Shown here: positions 26,149 through 34,754 of the stretch, in pieces | Position numbering within the stretch: the first letter of the stretch is position 1 | Layout of the letters: every line of letters starts with the position of its first letter | From: an uncultured Candidatus Saccharibacteria bacterium | GTDB taxonomy: Bacteria > Patescibacteriota > Minisyncoccia > Phycocordibacterales > DATDWN01 | DNA: 49,366 bases | Reading direction: 5' to 3' | Assembly: GCA_964468795.1 (NCBI GenBank) | Contig: CAYXWL010000001.1 | Coordinates: forward strand, 96,221 to 145,586 | The notes under the pieces: model-generated | The model's input: the letters and a program-made list of their open reading frames with translations, nothing else | What the model was told of the DNA's origin: nothing | Database searches by the model: none | Position numbers and translations under genes: made by a program

Positions 26149-26463
26149 TTAAAGCTTTAGATCGGACATTGCTTCGTCAAGAGTTTTTGAAGCGCTTTGC
26201 TTCATCTCCTTTGCCATTCCAACCGGCTCGTTTATCTTGAGGTTAACTCGAGCATTGTTCTTCATTCCGACGACTCGGAGCAGTGTTCGGATAGCTTTTG
26301 CTGTGTTTCCTTCTCGGCCAATGATCTTTCCCATATCATCCTTATTGACGTCTAGTGTCATAAGGACTCCCATTTCATCCACAGTCCTAACTATCTTCAC
26401 ATCTTCTGGCTTTTCAACTAGAGCTTTTATGACAAAGTCTAGAAATTTTACGTCAGATTCCAT
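26149..26463 (-). CDS. KH-domain RNA-binding protein (YlqC/UPF0109 family)
   Basis: GKIIGREGNTAKAIRTLL contains the GxxG KH motif. Canonical position downstream of rpsP. Confidence 0.8.
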   Translation of the reverse strand: MESDVKFLDFVIKALVEKPEDVKIVRTVDEMGVLMTLDVNKDDMGKIIGREGNTAKAIRTLLRVVGMKNNARVNLKINEPVGMAKEMKQSASKTLDEAMSDLKL

Positions 26464-26529
26464 GTATTTCAATCAGTTAATTTTAAAGTCTTACAGTAAT
26501 ATTGTATCAAGCGAGATTTTAAAAATCTA

Positions 26530-26898
26530 CTAGGCTGTTGCCTCTGCTGGAGCTTCGCTTGGAGCGCTTTCAGCTGGTGCTGAGGCTGGAGCAGCTTCCT
26601 GTGCTGGTTCATCCTTTTTTATAGCCTTTTTTAGAGGAAGGGCATTAAGCTTCTTTCCTGAAATGATATTTTTTGTGATAAGCATGTTGTGGACAGTAGT
26701 TGAGACCTGTGCCCCCTTTGACATCCAGTATCCTATTCTTTCAGCCTTGAAAGCTGAATTCTCTCCCCTTCGAGCATCAAAGTTGCCCAAAACTTCTAGG
26801 TACTTTCCGCTTTTTGTAGAGTTTTTTGAGTCAGTCAGAACAAGCCTGAATGTCGGCTCATGCTTTCGTCCTACCCTCTGTAATCGTATTTTTAACAT
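26530..26898 (-). CDS. rpsP: 30S ribosomal protein S16 with A/P/E-rich C-terminal extension
   Basis: MLKIRLQRVGRKHEPTFRLVLTDSK is the S16 N-terminus. Confidence 0.9.
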   Translation of the reverse strand: MLKIRLQRVGRKHEPTFRLVLTDSKNSTKSGKYLEVLGNFDARRGENSAFKAERIGYWMSKGAQVSTTVHNMLITKNIISGKKLNALPLKKAIKKDEPAQEAAPASAPAESAPSEAPAEATA

Positions 26899-26964
26899 GG
26901 CTGTTATACTAACAGAATAGATGCAAATGGTCAAATATCACCTTATCTGCTATACTTTCCGGCA

Positions 26965-28890
26965 ATGACGAAAGCAAACAACGAGGAAAAAACACACATC
27001 GGCCCCATAAGTGTAAACTCAAAAGGAATTGGCTTTTTCAACATTGAAGGCCGAGAGGATTCTATCGAGATTCAGAAAGAAAACCTCAATAGGGCTTTCC
27101 CCGGAGACACAGTTGAAGTTTCTATTACAGGCCAAAAAATAAAGAACAGGACGCAAGGAAAAGTAGAAAAAATAATAAAAAGGCAGAGAGATGAATTTGT
27201 CGGAGTTGTTGAAGAAAACAATGGACAAAAATACTTGGTGCCTGATGACAAGAGAGTTTATGTTGATATTTTTCTAAACGAGGAGGAGGAAATATCTGTC
27301 GGCCAAAAGGCTTTGGTAAAAATATTGAATTGGGACAATCTTAATGGAGAGGTTTTGAAAATAATCGGCAAGAAAGGTGAAAACAATGCCGAGATGGAAT
27401 CTATTGTGCTCGAAAAAGGCTTCAGAATCGAATTTCCACAAAAAGTCGAGGAAGAGGCACTCAAACTCAAAACTGAATACAAGCAGTATTTTGAAGAAGA
27501 GCTTTCAAAGAGAAGAGACATGAGAGATGTCACCACGATGACGATTGACCCAGCAGATGCAAAAGACTTTGACGATGCTATTTCGTTCAAGGATTTGGGA
27601 AACGACCAGTATGAAATTGGCGTACACATTGCCGATGTTTCCCATTTCGTAACTCCGGGATCAGAGTTGGACAAGGAAGCCGAGAAAAGAGGCTTGTCTG
27701 TTTACCTTGTAGACAGAACTATCCCCATGCTTCCAGAAATTTTATCAAATGATCTTTGCTCTCTAAACCCGAACGAAAACAAATACACTTTTTCTGCAGT
27801 TTTCAAAATGGACGGGTCTGGAAAAGTTATTGAAGAATGGTTCGGACGCACAGTCATACATTCAGACAGGAGGTTTACATACGAAGACGCTCAGGCAGTC
27901 ATAGATGGAAAAATGGACGGACCATACCAAACTGAACTGCGAAAACTGAAAGAGATTGCACAAAAACTTGAGAAGGCAAAGTTCCACAATGGTGCCATAA
28001 ACTTTGAAACCGAGGAAGTTAAGTTTGAGCTAGACAAGGATGGCAAACCGATAAGAGTTTACAAGAAACAAAGACTAGAGACTCACAAGCTTGTTGAAGA
28101 GTACATGCTTTTGGCAAACAGGGCTGTCGCAAAGCACATCTTCATGTCTCAAAACCAAGGCTTAATTAAAGGCAAGCAGTCTGTATATAGGATACACGCA
28201 AAACCTGACAAGGATAGGATTGAGAATCTTGCGATTTTCCTCAAGGCTCTTGGCTTTAATTTGGAACACGAAGACGGAGAGGTTACATCAAAAGACATAA
28301 ACAAGCTTCTTAAGGAAGTTGAAGGAACACCAAACGAAGAGCTGATAAAAACAGCTACGATTCGAAGCATGGCAAAAGCCGTTTATTCAACAAAAAATAT
28401 CGGCCACTTCGGTCTAGCCTTTGCCTACTACACACACTTTACTTCACCTATTAGAAGATACCCAGATCTTCTCGTTCATAGATTTCTAGAACGAGAACTG
28501 AAGGGCGGAAAAATTGAAGTTGATGAATATCAGAAATTCGAATCAATCTGCCTTGCTTCATCCGAGCTTGAAAAAAGAGCAACCGATGCTGAAAGAGCCT
28601 CAATAAAATACAAACAGGTTGAATACATGATAAATCATATCGGAGAAGAATTTGATGGAACAATAACCGGAGTAACAGAATGGGGCATCTATATTGAAGA
28701 AAAAGAAACTAAATGCGAAGGAATGATAAAGATAAAGGATTTGGGTGAAGATTTCTGGCAACTTGATGAAAAGAACTACAGTATAAAAGGAGAAAAGACG
28801 GGCAAGAAATTCATGCTCGGAGATTCAATTAGATTTAAGGTGGTCTCAGCAGATATGGAAAAAAGGATTCTAGATTATTCTCTGGTATAG
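26965..28890 (+). CDS. rnr: ribonuclease R / RNase II family exoribonuclease
   Basis: RNB motifs (TIDPADAKDFDDAIS, YLVDRTIPMLP, HFGLAFAYYTHFTSPIRRYPDL) and a C-terminal S1 domain. TATACT (26951-26956) lies 8 nt before the ATG. Confidence 0.9.
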   Translation: MTKANNEEKTHIGPISVNSKGIGFFNIEGREDSIEIQKENLNRAFPGDTVEVSITGQKIKNRTQGKVEKIIKRQRDEFVGVVEENNGQKYLVPDDKRVYVDIFLNEEEEISVGQKALVKILNWDNLNGEVLKIIGKKGENNAEMESIVLEKGFRIEFPQKVEEEALKLKTEYKQYFEEELSKRRDMRDVTTMTIDPADAKDFDDAISFKDLGNDQYEIGVHIADVSHFVTPGSELDKEAEKRGLSVYLVDRTIPMLPEILSNDLCSLNPNENKYTFSAVFKMDGSGKVIEEWFGRTVIHSDRRFTYEDAQAVIDGKMDGPYQTELRKLKEIAQKLEKAKFHNGAINFETEEVKFELDKDGKPIRVYKKQRLETHKLVEEYMLLANRAVAKHIFMSQNQGLIKGKQSVYRIHAKPDKDRIENLAIFLKALGFNLEHEDGEVTSKDINKLLKEVEGTPNEELIKTATIRSMAKAVYSTKNIGHFGLAFAYYTHFTSPIRRYPDLLVHRFLERELKGGKIEVDEYQKFESICLASSELEKRATDAERASIKYKQVEYMINHIGEEFDGTITGVTEWGIYIEEKETKCEGMIKIKDLGEDFWQLDEKNYSIKGEKTGKKFMLGDSIRFKVVSADMEKRILDYSLV

Positions 28891-28927
28891 CTATCTGATG
28901 TTGGTCATTTTAAAAATTTAAAAAAGC

Positions 28928-28957
28928 TAAGCCCGCTAAGTTTCCTCAGCGGGCTTA
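28928..28957. terminator. hairpin between convergent rnr and unit G
   Basis: taagcccgct-N10-agcgggctta: 10-bp stem. Confidence 0.55.
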
Positions 28958-28967
28958 ATCAGATGTG

Positions 28968-29267
28968 CTAGTGGAAGGGAAGTTCAGAATTTTTCGTGAT
29001 CGTGATCTGATCAAGAAAACAGAGTTCCCTTATCTTCATGTTGTTGTACTCATCGGGTCCAGAACCATCCCACACCACTTTTATCACCCCCCTGGTTGGG
29101 AAATCACCCGTGGCGACTTCGTCAAAGCCAACAACCAGGCCAGGCGTGTTCTTGGGAACAAAAGGATTTTCGCCAGCGAGGACTCTGTCGTTGATACGAA
29201 CCTCACGATTGTAGTAGGTTAAACCTACCATCCTGCCAGTCGTGTCACGATGCGCCTCGTAGTCCAT
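28968..29267 (-). CDS. GC-rich hypothetical small protein (unit G), SH3-like/DUF4314-like pattern
   Basis: GGGAGG SD. PGLVVGFDE...GVIKVVWDG resembles small beta-barrel domains (recalled from memory, unverified). Confidence 0.5.
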   Translation of the reverse strand: MDYEAHRDTTGRMVGLTYYNREVRINDRVLAGENPFVPKNTPGLVVGFDEVATGDFPTRGVIKVVWDGSGPDEYNNMKIRELCFLDQITITKNSELPFH

Positions 29268-29298
29268 CTGCGCCCTCCCTATAAATATTTAATCATAT

Positions 29299-31548
29299 TT
29301 ATTTAGCCACTGCCACTGCCTCATCAAAAGCAACGGATAGAAGCTTTGAGCCTCCGCCAGAACCCATAGTCACACCGTACAAAACACCAGCTCGAGACAT
29401 TGTTTCCCTATTGTGAGTAATAACAATAAGTTGCGACCTCTTGGAGAGATTTTCAACCATATCAGCATATTTTTTAGAATTTGCCTCATCGAGTGCAGCG
29501 TCTGTCTCATCCAAAATAATGAAGGGTGGAGGATTTACCTGAGAAATTGCAAACAAAAGCGCGATAGATGTCAGCGCTCTTTCTCCGCCGGAAAGCATCA
29601 TGAGGCCTTTTACCTTTTTCTTCGGCAAATTTACCTCTATATCTATGCCCTCCTCTTCTTCCACAGTTTCAACAAGATCATCTTCTGAATTATTTTCCAA
29701 AAGTTCATCAATTTCTTTTTTCTTTTTTCTTACTGGCACACTGACAGACAAATGTGCATCCCCGCCACCAAACATAAGGGAAAAATATTCTCTAAACTGG
29801 TGATTTATTTTTTCTACACCGCTTTTGAACTCTGTAGAAAGCCTCTCGTCCAAATCTTTTATAAGCTCTGTTAGTGATTTTGCAGAGTTTTCAAGATCCA
29901 AAAGCTCTTTTGCCAAAAAAGCGTCTCTTTCCGTGGCTTCGGCATATTCTTTCATAACATCATCTCCTCCAATTCCGCCAGAATCTTCAAGCCTGATCTT
30001 TATCTTTTCAATTTTTCTTCTTCTTTCTTCCTGAACTTCTCTCGGCTCACTAAAATCAAAGTTCAATTCTTTGAACTGCAAAACATGAGTTCCGACGAGC
30101 ATTCCAAGCTCTGTAAGTTCTCTCTTGAAATCCTCCTTTACCAGCCTTAGATTTTCTTCTACGGCGTTTATATCGTGGATCTTTGACCTTATCTCCTGAG
30201 ATTCCGCCATTATTCTGAACACGGCCTTTTCTGCATCTCTGTTTGAATCCTTTTCCTTTTCAATTTCAGATTTTAAGTGGTTATATCTTTCCCCCAAGCG
30301 ATTTTCCTTTTCTTTTATATCGCCGAGCGCTTTCTCAATCTCTTTTTTTGAATTATTTAGATGATCAATATCCTTTTGAGCATCTGCAAGGAGTGACATG
30401 TCTACGTTGTCCTTGTTGTAATCAATGAATTGAGAAAGGAGGCTCGAGATTTGATCTAATGCAGAAACCAATACCCCGATATCATTGCTTCCCTTCGCCC
30501 TTTTTATTTCTTCCTCTATTTTGTTTGAAATTTCTTCCACAGAAGAAAGAGCTACAGTCTTGTGCTCGTATGAATGAGCAACCTCTTCCTGCTTTTTAAC
30601 CATCTTTACCAAAGATGAAATCTCTCCATCTATTTTTCCAAACTCTCTGAACAGATTGTCTTTCTTGTCTCTTGCTTCATGCAGTTCTCTTTCAAGGGAA
30701 ATGAGTTCGTCGCTCTTCTCATCCTTGTTTTTGGTTTTCTCTAATACAGACTTTGCATGCTCTAACTCTTTCTCGAGCACCATTTCCTTTTCTAAAAGAG
30801 GCTCTTTCTGGCTTTTTACTTTTGATTCAGTTGTATGTATGTACTCTTCTTCTCTCCTGCAGTACTCTAGTGCTTCTTTTGTCAGCTCCTCTTTCATCTG
30901 CAAGGATTTTTCAACCTTTTCAACCTGCTTTTTCAAAAACTTTATGTGAGGCATAATTTCCCTCCTCAATGACTCTACTTTTTCAATATTTTCCCTAGTC
31001 TTCTCCAATTTCTTTTCGCTTTCCTGCTTTTTGTACTGATATGCCTTAAGGCCCAAGGCGTCCTCGATCATTGACTTCCTCTCTTTTGTGCTAGCATTCA
31101 AAATACGATCTGCCTCGCCCTGTGAAATAATATGATGTCCAGAAGAACCTATGTGCGCCGAAGCTAGTAGTTCAACAACGTCCTTTAGCCTTACTTGTGC
31201 TCCGTTTATCAGATACTCGTTTACTGAATCTCTATGAACCACTCTTTCAATCGTGACAGTCTCGTAGTCTATAGGCAAAAATTTTGAAGAGTTATCAAAA
31301 ACGACTTTTACACTCGCTCTGTTTGCTCTCGGCAAATCTCCTGCTCCGTTAAAAATGAGATCTTCTCCCTTTTTACCTCTCAAGCTTTTTATAGACTGCT
31401 CGCCCAGCACAAACCGAAAAGCCTCAGCTACATTGGATTTTCCGGATCCGTTTGGACCCACAATGGCCACAACTTTAGATGTAAACGTAAGCTCGCTTTT
31501 CTTGGCGAAAGATTTGAAACCAGAAAGTTCAATAGATTTGAGATACAT
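29299..31548 (-). CDS. smc: SMC-family chromosome segregation ATPase, short form without a recognisable hinge
   Basis: N-terminal GPNGSGKSN head, C-terminal LSGGERALTSIALLF and ILDETDAALD. Only 749 aa, and the middle is continuous coiled-coil-like sequence. Confidence 0.8.
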   Translation of the reverse strand: MYLKSIELSGFKSFAKKSELTFTSKVVAIVGPNGSGKSNVAEAFRFVLGEQSIKSLRGKKGEDLIFNGAGDLPRANRASVKVVFDNSSKFLPIDYETVTIERVVHRDSVNEYLINGAQVRLKDVVELLASAHIGSSGHHIISQGEADRILNASTKERKSMIEDALGLKAYQYKKQESEKKLEKTRENIEKVESLRREIMPHIKFLKKQVEKVEKSLQMKEELTKEALEYCRREEEYIHTTESKVKSQKEPLLEKEMVLEKELEHAKSVLEKTKNKDEKSDELISLERELHEARDKKDNLFREFGKIDGEISSLVKMVKKQEEVAHSYEHKTVALSSVEEISNKIEEEIKRAKGSNDIGVLVSALDQISSLLSQFIDYNKDNVDMSLLADAQKDIDHLNNSKKEIEKALGDIKEKENRLGERYNHLKSEIEKEKDSNRDAEKAVFRIMAESQEIRSKIHDINAVEENLRLVKEDFKRELTELGMLVGTHVLQFKELNFDFSEPREVQEERRRKIEKIKIRLEDSGGIGGDDVMKEYAEATERDAFLAKELLDLENSAKSLTELIKDLDERLSTEFKSGVEKINHQFREYFSLMFGGGDAHLSVSVPVRKKKKEIDELLENNSEDDLVETVEEEEGIDIEVNLPKKKVKGLMMLSGGERALTSIALLFAISQVNPPPFIILDETDAALDEANSKKYADMVENLSKRSQLIVITHNRETMSRAGVLYGVTMGSGGGSKLLSVAFDEAVAVAK

Positions 31549-31586
31549 TTTGTAAATTATAGCAGAAATTTTTTACATACGGAAAA

Positions 31587-31609
31587 GGGCATCGCGAAAT
31601 GCGATGCCC
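31587..31609 (-). terminator. intrinsic terminator after the ParB-like operon
   Basis: gggcatcgc-gaaat-gcgatgccc: 9-bp stem. Confidence 0.6.
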
Positions 31610-31655
31610 GGTTTATTTACCTCCTATAAATGAACTATGGTGCCGAAAGAAAATC

Positions 31656-32519
31656 CTACGAAGCCTTCGCGACCTTCTCGGACTTCTTCGAGGGAAGCTC
31701 GATCCCAGCCTTCGCCGCGAAACGCGCACGCCAGTCGGCGAGCACACGTCCGGACCGGTCAGCCAGGCGCTGGAGGTGATTGAAGATATCGTTCACTTCA
31801 CCCGCCTTCAGATCGCCGTCCTCGAACTTTTCGATGAGGTTGCGGCAGAACGCCGCGTTGCGCTGGCCGATCGACTTGTACTGCGACGTCAGCTTCCGCT
31901 GAGTGTCGGCGAGGCTATTGCCCCGCTTCTTCCGAGTGCCAGAGAGAAACTCCTTGAGCTTCTCGGGAGGCACGTCGAACTGCTGAGCCGCCTTGGCAAC
32001 CGTGAGGTTACCGTCGGTGACGGCCGCCCCAGCCTTGACGATCTTGGCCCGATCAAGTCGCGACTTCACACTGCCGGCGTACTTGCGAGCGATGTTGCCC
32101 GGAAGACCGAGCAACTCGCCGATTGCACGCATGCTGACACCCCTTTCGAGGAGCAGTGCGATCGTGTGCTCGGTATCTGCGATCGACGGTGGCATGGATC
32201 CGCCGGTGTTGGCGCGGAACCCTGCGGCGATGAGGTCGGTCTCGGAGTCGACCTTGTAGATCTCGACTTCGATCTCGAGCACATCGGCGAGTTCGTAAGC
32301 CTCCTTGCGGTGGCGACCGTCGATGATGAGGTGTTCCTCGGTGAGCTTGACCTTCTCACGCATCTTGACCCCGCCGATGATGAGATCGGCCAGGTACAGC
32401 GCGTGATCGTGATTGAGCTCCTGCCGGACGAAGGTGTTAACCTTGATGTCCTTCACCTTCACGGTTTCGGTGCGAATGAACTTCATCTCTCGTCTCCCGT
32501 CTCTTGTCTTACGTCTCAT
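31656..32519 (-). CDS. GC-rich ParB/Srx-fold (ParB N-terminal domain) protein with HTH-like middle region (unit D4)
   Basis: HLIIDGRHRKEAYE is the ParB-like DGxHR motif. VSMRAIGELLGLPGNIARKY is HTH-like. The ATG overlaps the upstream stop as TAATG. Alternative start MKFIRTE at 32486 has a GGGAGA SD. Confidence 0.7.
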   Translation of the reverse strand: MRRKTRDGRREMKFIRTETVKVKDIKVNTFVRQELNHDHALYLADLIIGGVKMREKVKLTEEHLIIDGRHRKEAYELADVLEIEVEIYKVDSETDLIAAGFRANTGGSMPPSIADTEHTIALLLERGVSMRAIGELLGLPGNIARKYAGSVKSRLDRAKIVKAGAAVTDGNLTVAKAAQQFDVPPEKLKEFLSGTRKKRGNSLADTQRKLTSQYKSIGQRNAAFCRNLIEKFEDGDLKAGEVNDIFNHLQRLADRSGRVLADWRARFAAKAGIELPSKKSEKVAKAS

Positions 32520-32755
32520 TACTGATCAGACGGTCTGTAGAACCGCCCACTGTAAGCGCGCCATCCGGAGCGCTTCTTGCGAATGTCCGAAAGGATGACT
32601 ACGTCACCTTCTTCCGGCTGCCTCTTCTCCTGCCAAACTTCCGGCTTGAGAGAGAATGTAACCGAGCCAAGCTCCTCCGAAGAGGCTTTGGCATAGGGGC
32701 CGTGCACGCCCTCAGCGAATGTCTTCTGGACGATTGCTGAAAAGCTTTCACCCAT
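32519..32755 (-). CDS. GC-rich hypothetical 78-aa protein (unit D3)
   Basis: Its start follows the upstream stop within GTGTAAGATG, suggesting translational coupling. No family recognised. Confidence 0.55.
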   Translation of the reverse strand: MGESFSAIVQKTFAEGVHGPYAKASSEELGSVTFSLKPEVWQEKRQPEEGDVVILSDIRKKRSGWRAYSGRFYRPSDQ

Positions 32756-32756
32756 C

Positions 32757-33539
32757 TTACACCTTCTTGCCCGTGATGAGTCTCATGTTGAGTACGCTCA
32801 TGTGAGCGGACAACTTCGTGATGCACATCTGGGCAGCTGAGTCGAGTTCCTGCATCTCCTTCTCGTTCAGGGATTCAAGAACCCCCTCGTCGAGAAGTAG
32901 TACAAGTCCTTCCATAATCTGAAGAGTCGCCCTGCGACGCACTGCAATCTGAGACTGACTCTCAGGCATGCGAATGACCTTCGCGACGGATTGCTCTTCG
33001 ACCTGGATTTGACCTGGAAATTCGATCACAAACTTTCTCTGAGCATCTTTCTTCTTCTGCTCGAGAAGTTCACGACGTGACTTCCAGTATGACCACATCT
33101 TCTCTTCCCGGTCTTGGCTTACCCCCCGATCTCCACGCATTGCTGCGTAGATTTCAGAGGTATGAGCGAAACCGATCTCAGATGCAACATTGTCCGGGCT
33201 TTCGATCCCGTAGCCGATGATCTCGGCCAGGTTTCGAAACGTGGCACTGAGTCTTTCGAACTCAATGATCCGATACCCCTGGAGATCCAGGAAGCAGTAC
33301 AGCTTGAGTCGCGACAGACCAACGATGTTGGTCTTCCGACTCGGGTTCGGAGTGAGCCAGACGCCGACGGTGGCCGTATCAACGTCACAGAATTCCACAA
33401 TAGGCATCGCCGCGGATTTGAGCCGGTGACGCGCCATAGGAGGAAATGCGACATTGAAAGCCCTGATGAAGTGCTCGAAGCACTCATCAAAGTGATCCCT
33501 GAGGACCTCGGGCCTACCATCTCTCTGATTTACTTGCAC
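32757..33539 (-). CDS. GC-rich hypothetical 260-aa protein with two HTH-like stretches (unit D2)
   Basis: GTG start with GGAAGG SD. VDTATVGVWLTPNPSRK and SPDNVASEIGFAHTSEIYAAMRGDRGVS resemble XRE-type HTH. Helical C-terminal region. Confidence 0.55.
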   Translation of the reverse strand: MQVNQRDGRPEVLRDHFDECFEHFIRAFNVAFPPMARHRLKSAAMPIVEFCDVDTATVGVWLTPNPSRKTNIVGLSRLKLYCFLDLQGYRIIEFERLSATFRNLAEIIGYGIESPDNVASEIGFAHTSEIYAAMRGDRGVSQDREEKMWSYWKSRRELLEQKKKDAQRKFVIEFPGQIQVEEQSVAKVIRMPESQSQIAVRRRATLQIMEGLVLLLDEGVLESLNEKEMQELDSAAQMCITKLSAHMSVLNMRLITGKKV

Positions 33540-33575
33540 ATTTGCACCTTCCTTTCAAACAACTCACCGGGTTTA

Positions 33576-33604
33576 TTATTAACATTAAATGAATATTTTG
33601 TCAA
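33576..33604 (-). promoter_or_regulatory. sigma70-type promoter for D2-D3-D4 (TTGACA-17-TAATAA)
   Basis: Reverse complement reads TTGACAaaatattcatttaatgtTAATAA. Sits in a short AT-rich spacer, after hairpin gaaaagca-ctcc-tgcttttc, which follows unit D1. Confidence 0.5.
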
Positions 33605-33654
33605 TAAAAGAAAAAGCACGCCTTCGAAAAGCAGGAGTGCTTTTCTGTAGCGTG

Positions 33655-33918
33655 CTACGTGATATAGGGATCGTAAGGGATGACTTGGATTCTTCCCTCC
33701 TCATCTGTTCTCTCGACCACTCTGTATTCACCATGAGTAGAACATTCATAGGTAGTGGTTCGATTGTAGAAAGGCCCATCAGCAACATATTCAGAAATGA
33801 GCTTGCCCTGACTGTAGCACCCCCTCTGCGGACAGAGAAACGGATCTTTGCCCGCAAATACCAGTGCAATGCCGAGAAGCACAAAGACGATCAGAACAAC
33901 TATTACAGTCTCTGGCAT
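33655..33918 (-). CDS. GC-rich small membrane-anchored Cys/His protein (unit D1)
   Basis: AAGGAG SD. TM helix VIVVLIVFVLLGIALVFAG, then CPQRGC...YECSTH, a possible zinc-binding pattern. Confidence 0.55.
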   Translation of the reverse strand: MPETVIVVLIVFVLLGIALVFAGKDPFLCPQRGCYSQGKLISEYVADGPFYNRTTTYECSTHGEYRVVERTDEEGRIQVIPYDPYIT

Positions 33919-33975
33919 ACGTCTCCTTCCGAAAAAGTCTAAAGATAGGATATCACAAAAAAGCTTCGATAAAAA

Positions 33976-34671
33976 TTAGATCCACTTTTTGATTTCTAGG
34001 GCTTTTTTAGCAGCCATCTGCTCTGCGTCCTGCTTTGATTCCCCTTCTCCTGTTGCGATAAGATCCTTGCCTACGTATACACCAACTGTGAATTTCTTTT
34101 TGTGGTCGAGTCCTGACTCTTTTACTGTTTTATATGATGGAGTAATGCCCTCAAACTCCTGAGCTTTTTCTTGGAAAAGAGATTTGGAATCAATATGGCT
34201 CTTTTTTGAAATAATAGTATCAATTAGAGGCATGAAATGAAGCTCAATAAATTTTCTTGCTTCATCCATCCCTTTGTCCAAATAAATCGCGCCGATTAAA
34301 GCTTCCAACGCATTGGCCAAAATGTACTGCCTTGCTCGTCCTATATCCTTGCTCTCGCCTTTTGAAAGCAGAAGAAAATCTCCCATCTCAAGTTTAGATG
34401 CGACAGAAGCGCAAGTATCTGCGTTTACTAAGGCAGACCGATATGCAGTCAGCTCACCCTCCGGCTTTGTCGGATATTTTTTAAAAAGGTTGTCAGTGAT
34501 AACAAGTTCGAGAACAGCATCGCCTAAAAACTCTAGTCTTTCATTGTGAGTAAGGCCAGATTGTTTGTTTTCGTTTATATATGATCGGTGAACAAAAGCT
34601 TGTGTTAAAAGACTCTTATCACCAAATTCAATATTTATTTTCTTCTCGAATTCCTTGAAATCCACAGTCAT
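33976..34671 (-). CDS. rnc: ribonuclease III
   Basis: NERLEFLGDAVLEL signature and a C-terminal dsRBD. TCGACA-17-TATAAT, with the -10 element 9 nt before the ATG. Confidence 0.92.
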   Translation of the reverse strand: MTVDFKEFEKKINIEFGDKSLLTQAFVHRSYINENKQSGLTHNERLEFLGDAVLELVITDNLFKKYPTKPEGELTAYRSALVNADTCASVASKLEMGDFLLLSKGESKDIGRARQYILANALEALIGAIYLDKGMDEARKFIELHFMPLIDTIISKKSHIDSKSLFQEKAQEFEGITPSYKTVKESGLDHKKKFTVGVYVGKDLIATGEGESKQDAEQMAAKKALEIKKWI

Positions 34672-34754
34672 AATGTAGGTATTATATCATTAAAAAACTG
34701 CTTTGTCGATTAACCTATTTTTATGACTATATAGTTGTGCATATTTCTTTATCA

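Noticed and set aside
31599-32525. 308-aa plus-strand ORF, together with 31993-32259, 32066-32359, 33114-33650, 33119-33520 and 32599-32826, overlapping the ParB-like operon
   Set aside because: These are antisense or off-frame shadow ORFs typical of high-GC DNA. They have L/R/D/V-rich low-information sequence, no SD and no motif. The minus-strand frames carry SDs, coupled stop-start junctions and a ParB motif.
31587-33918. Interpreting the ParB-like island as a prophage or integrative element
   Set aside because: No integrase, excisionase, terminase or structural genes, flanking direct repeats or tRNA target were seen. The island is only 2.3 kb with sharp compositional borders at the SD and the terminator.
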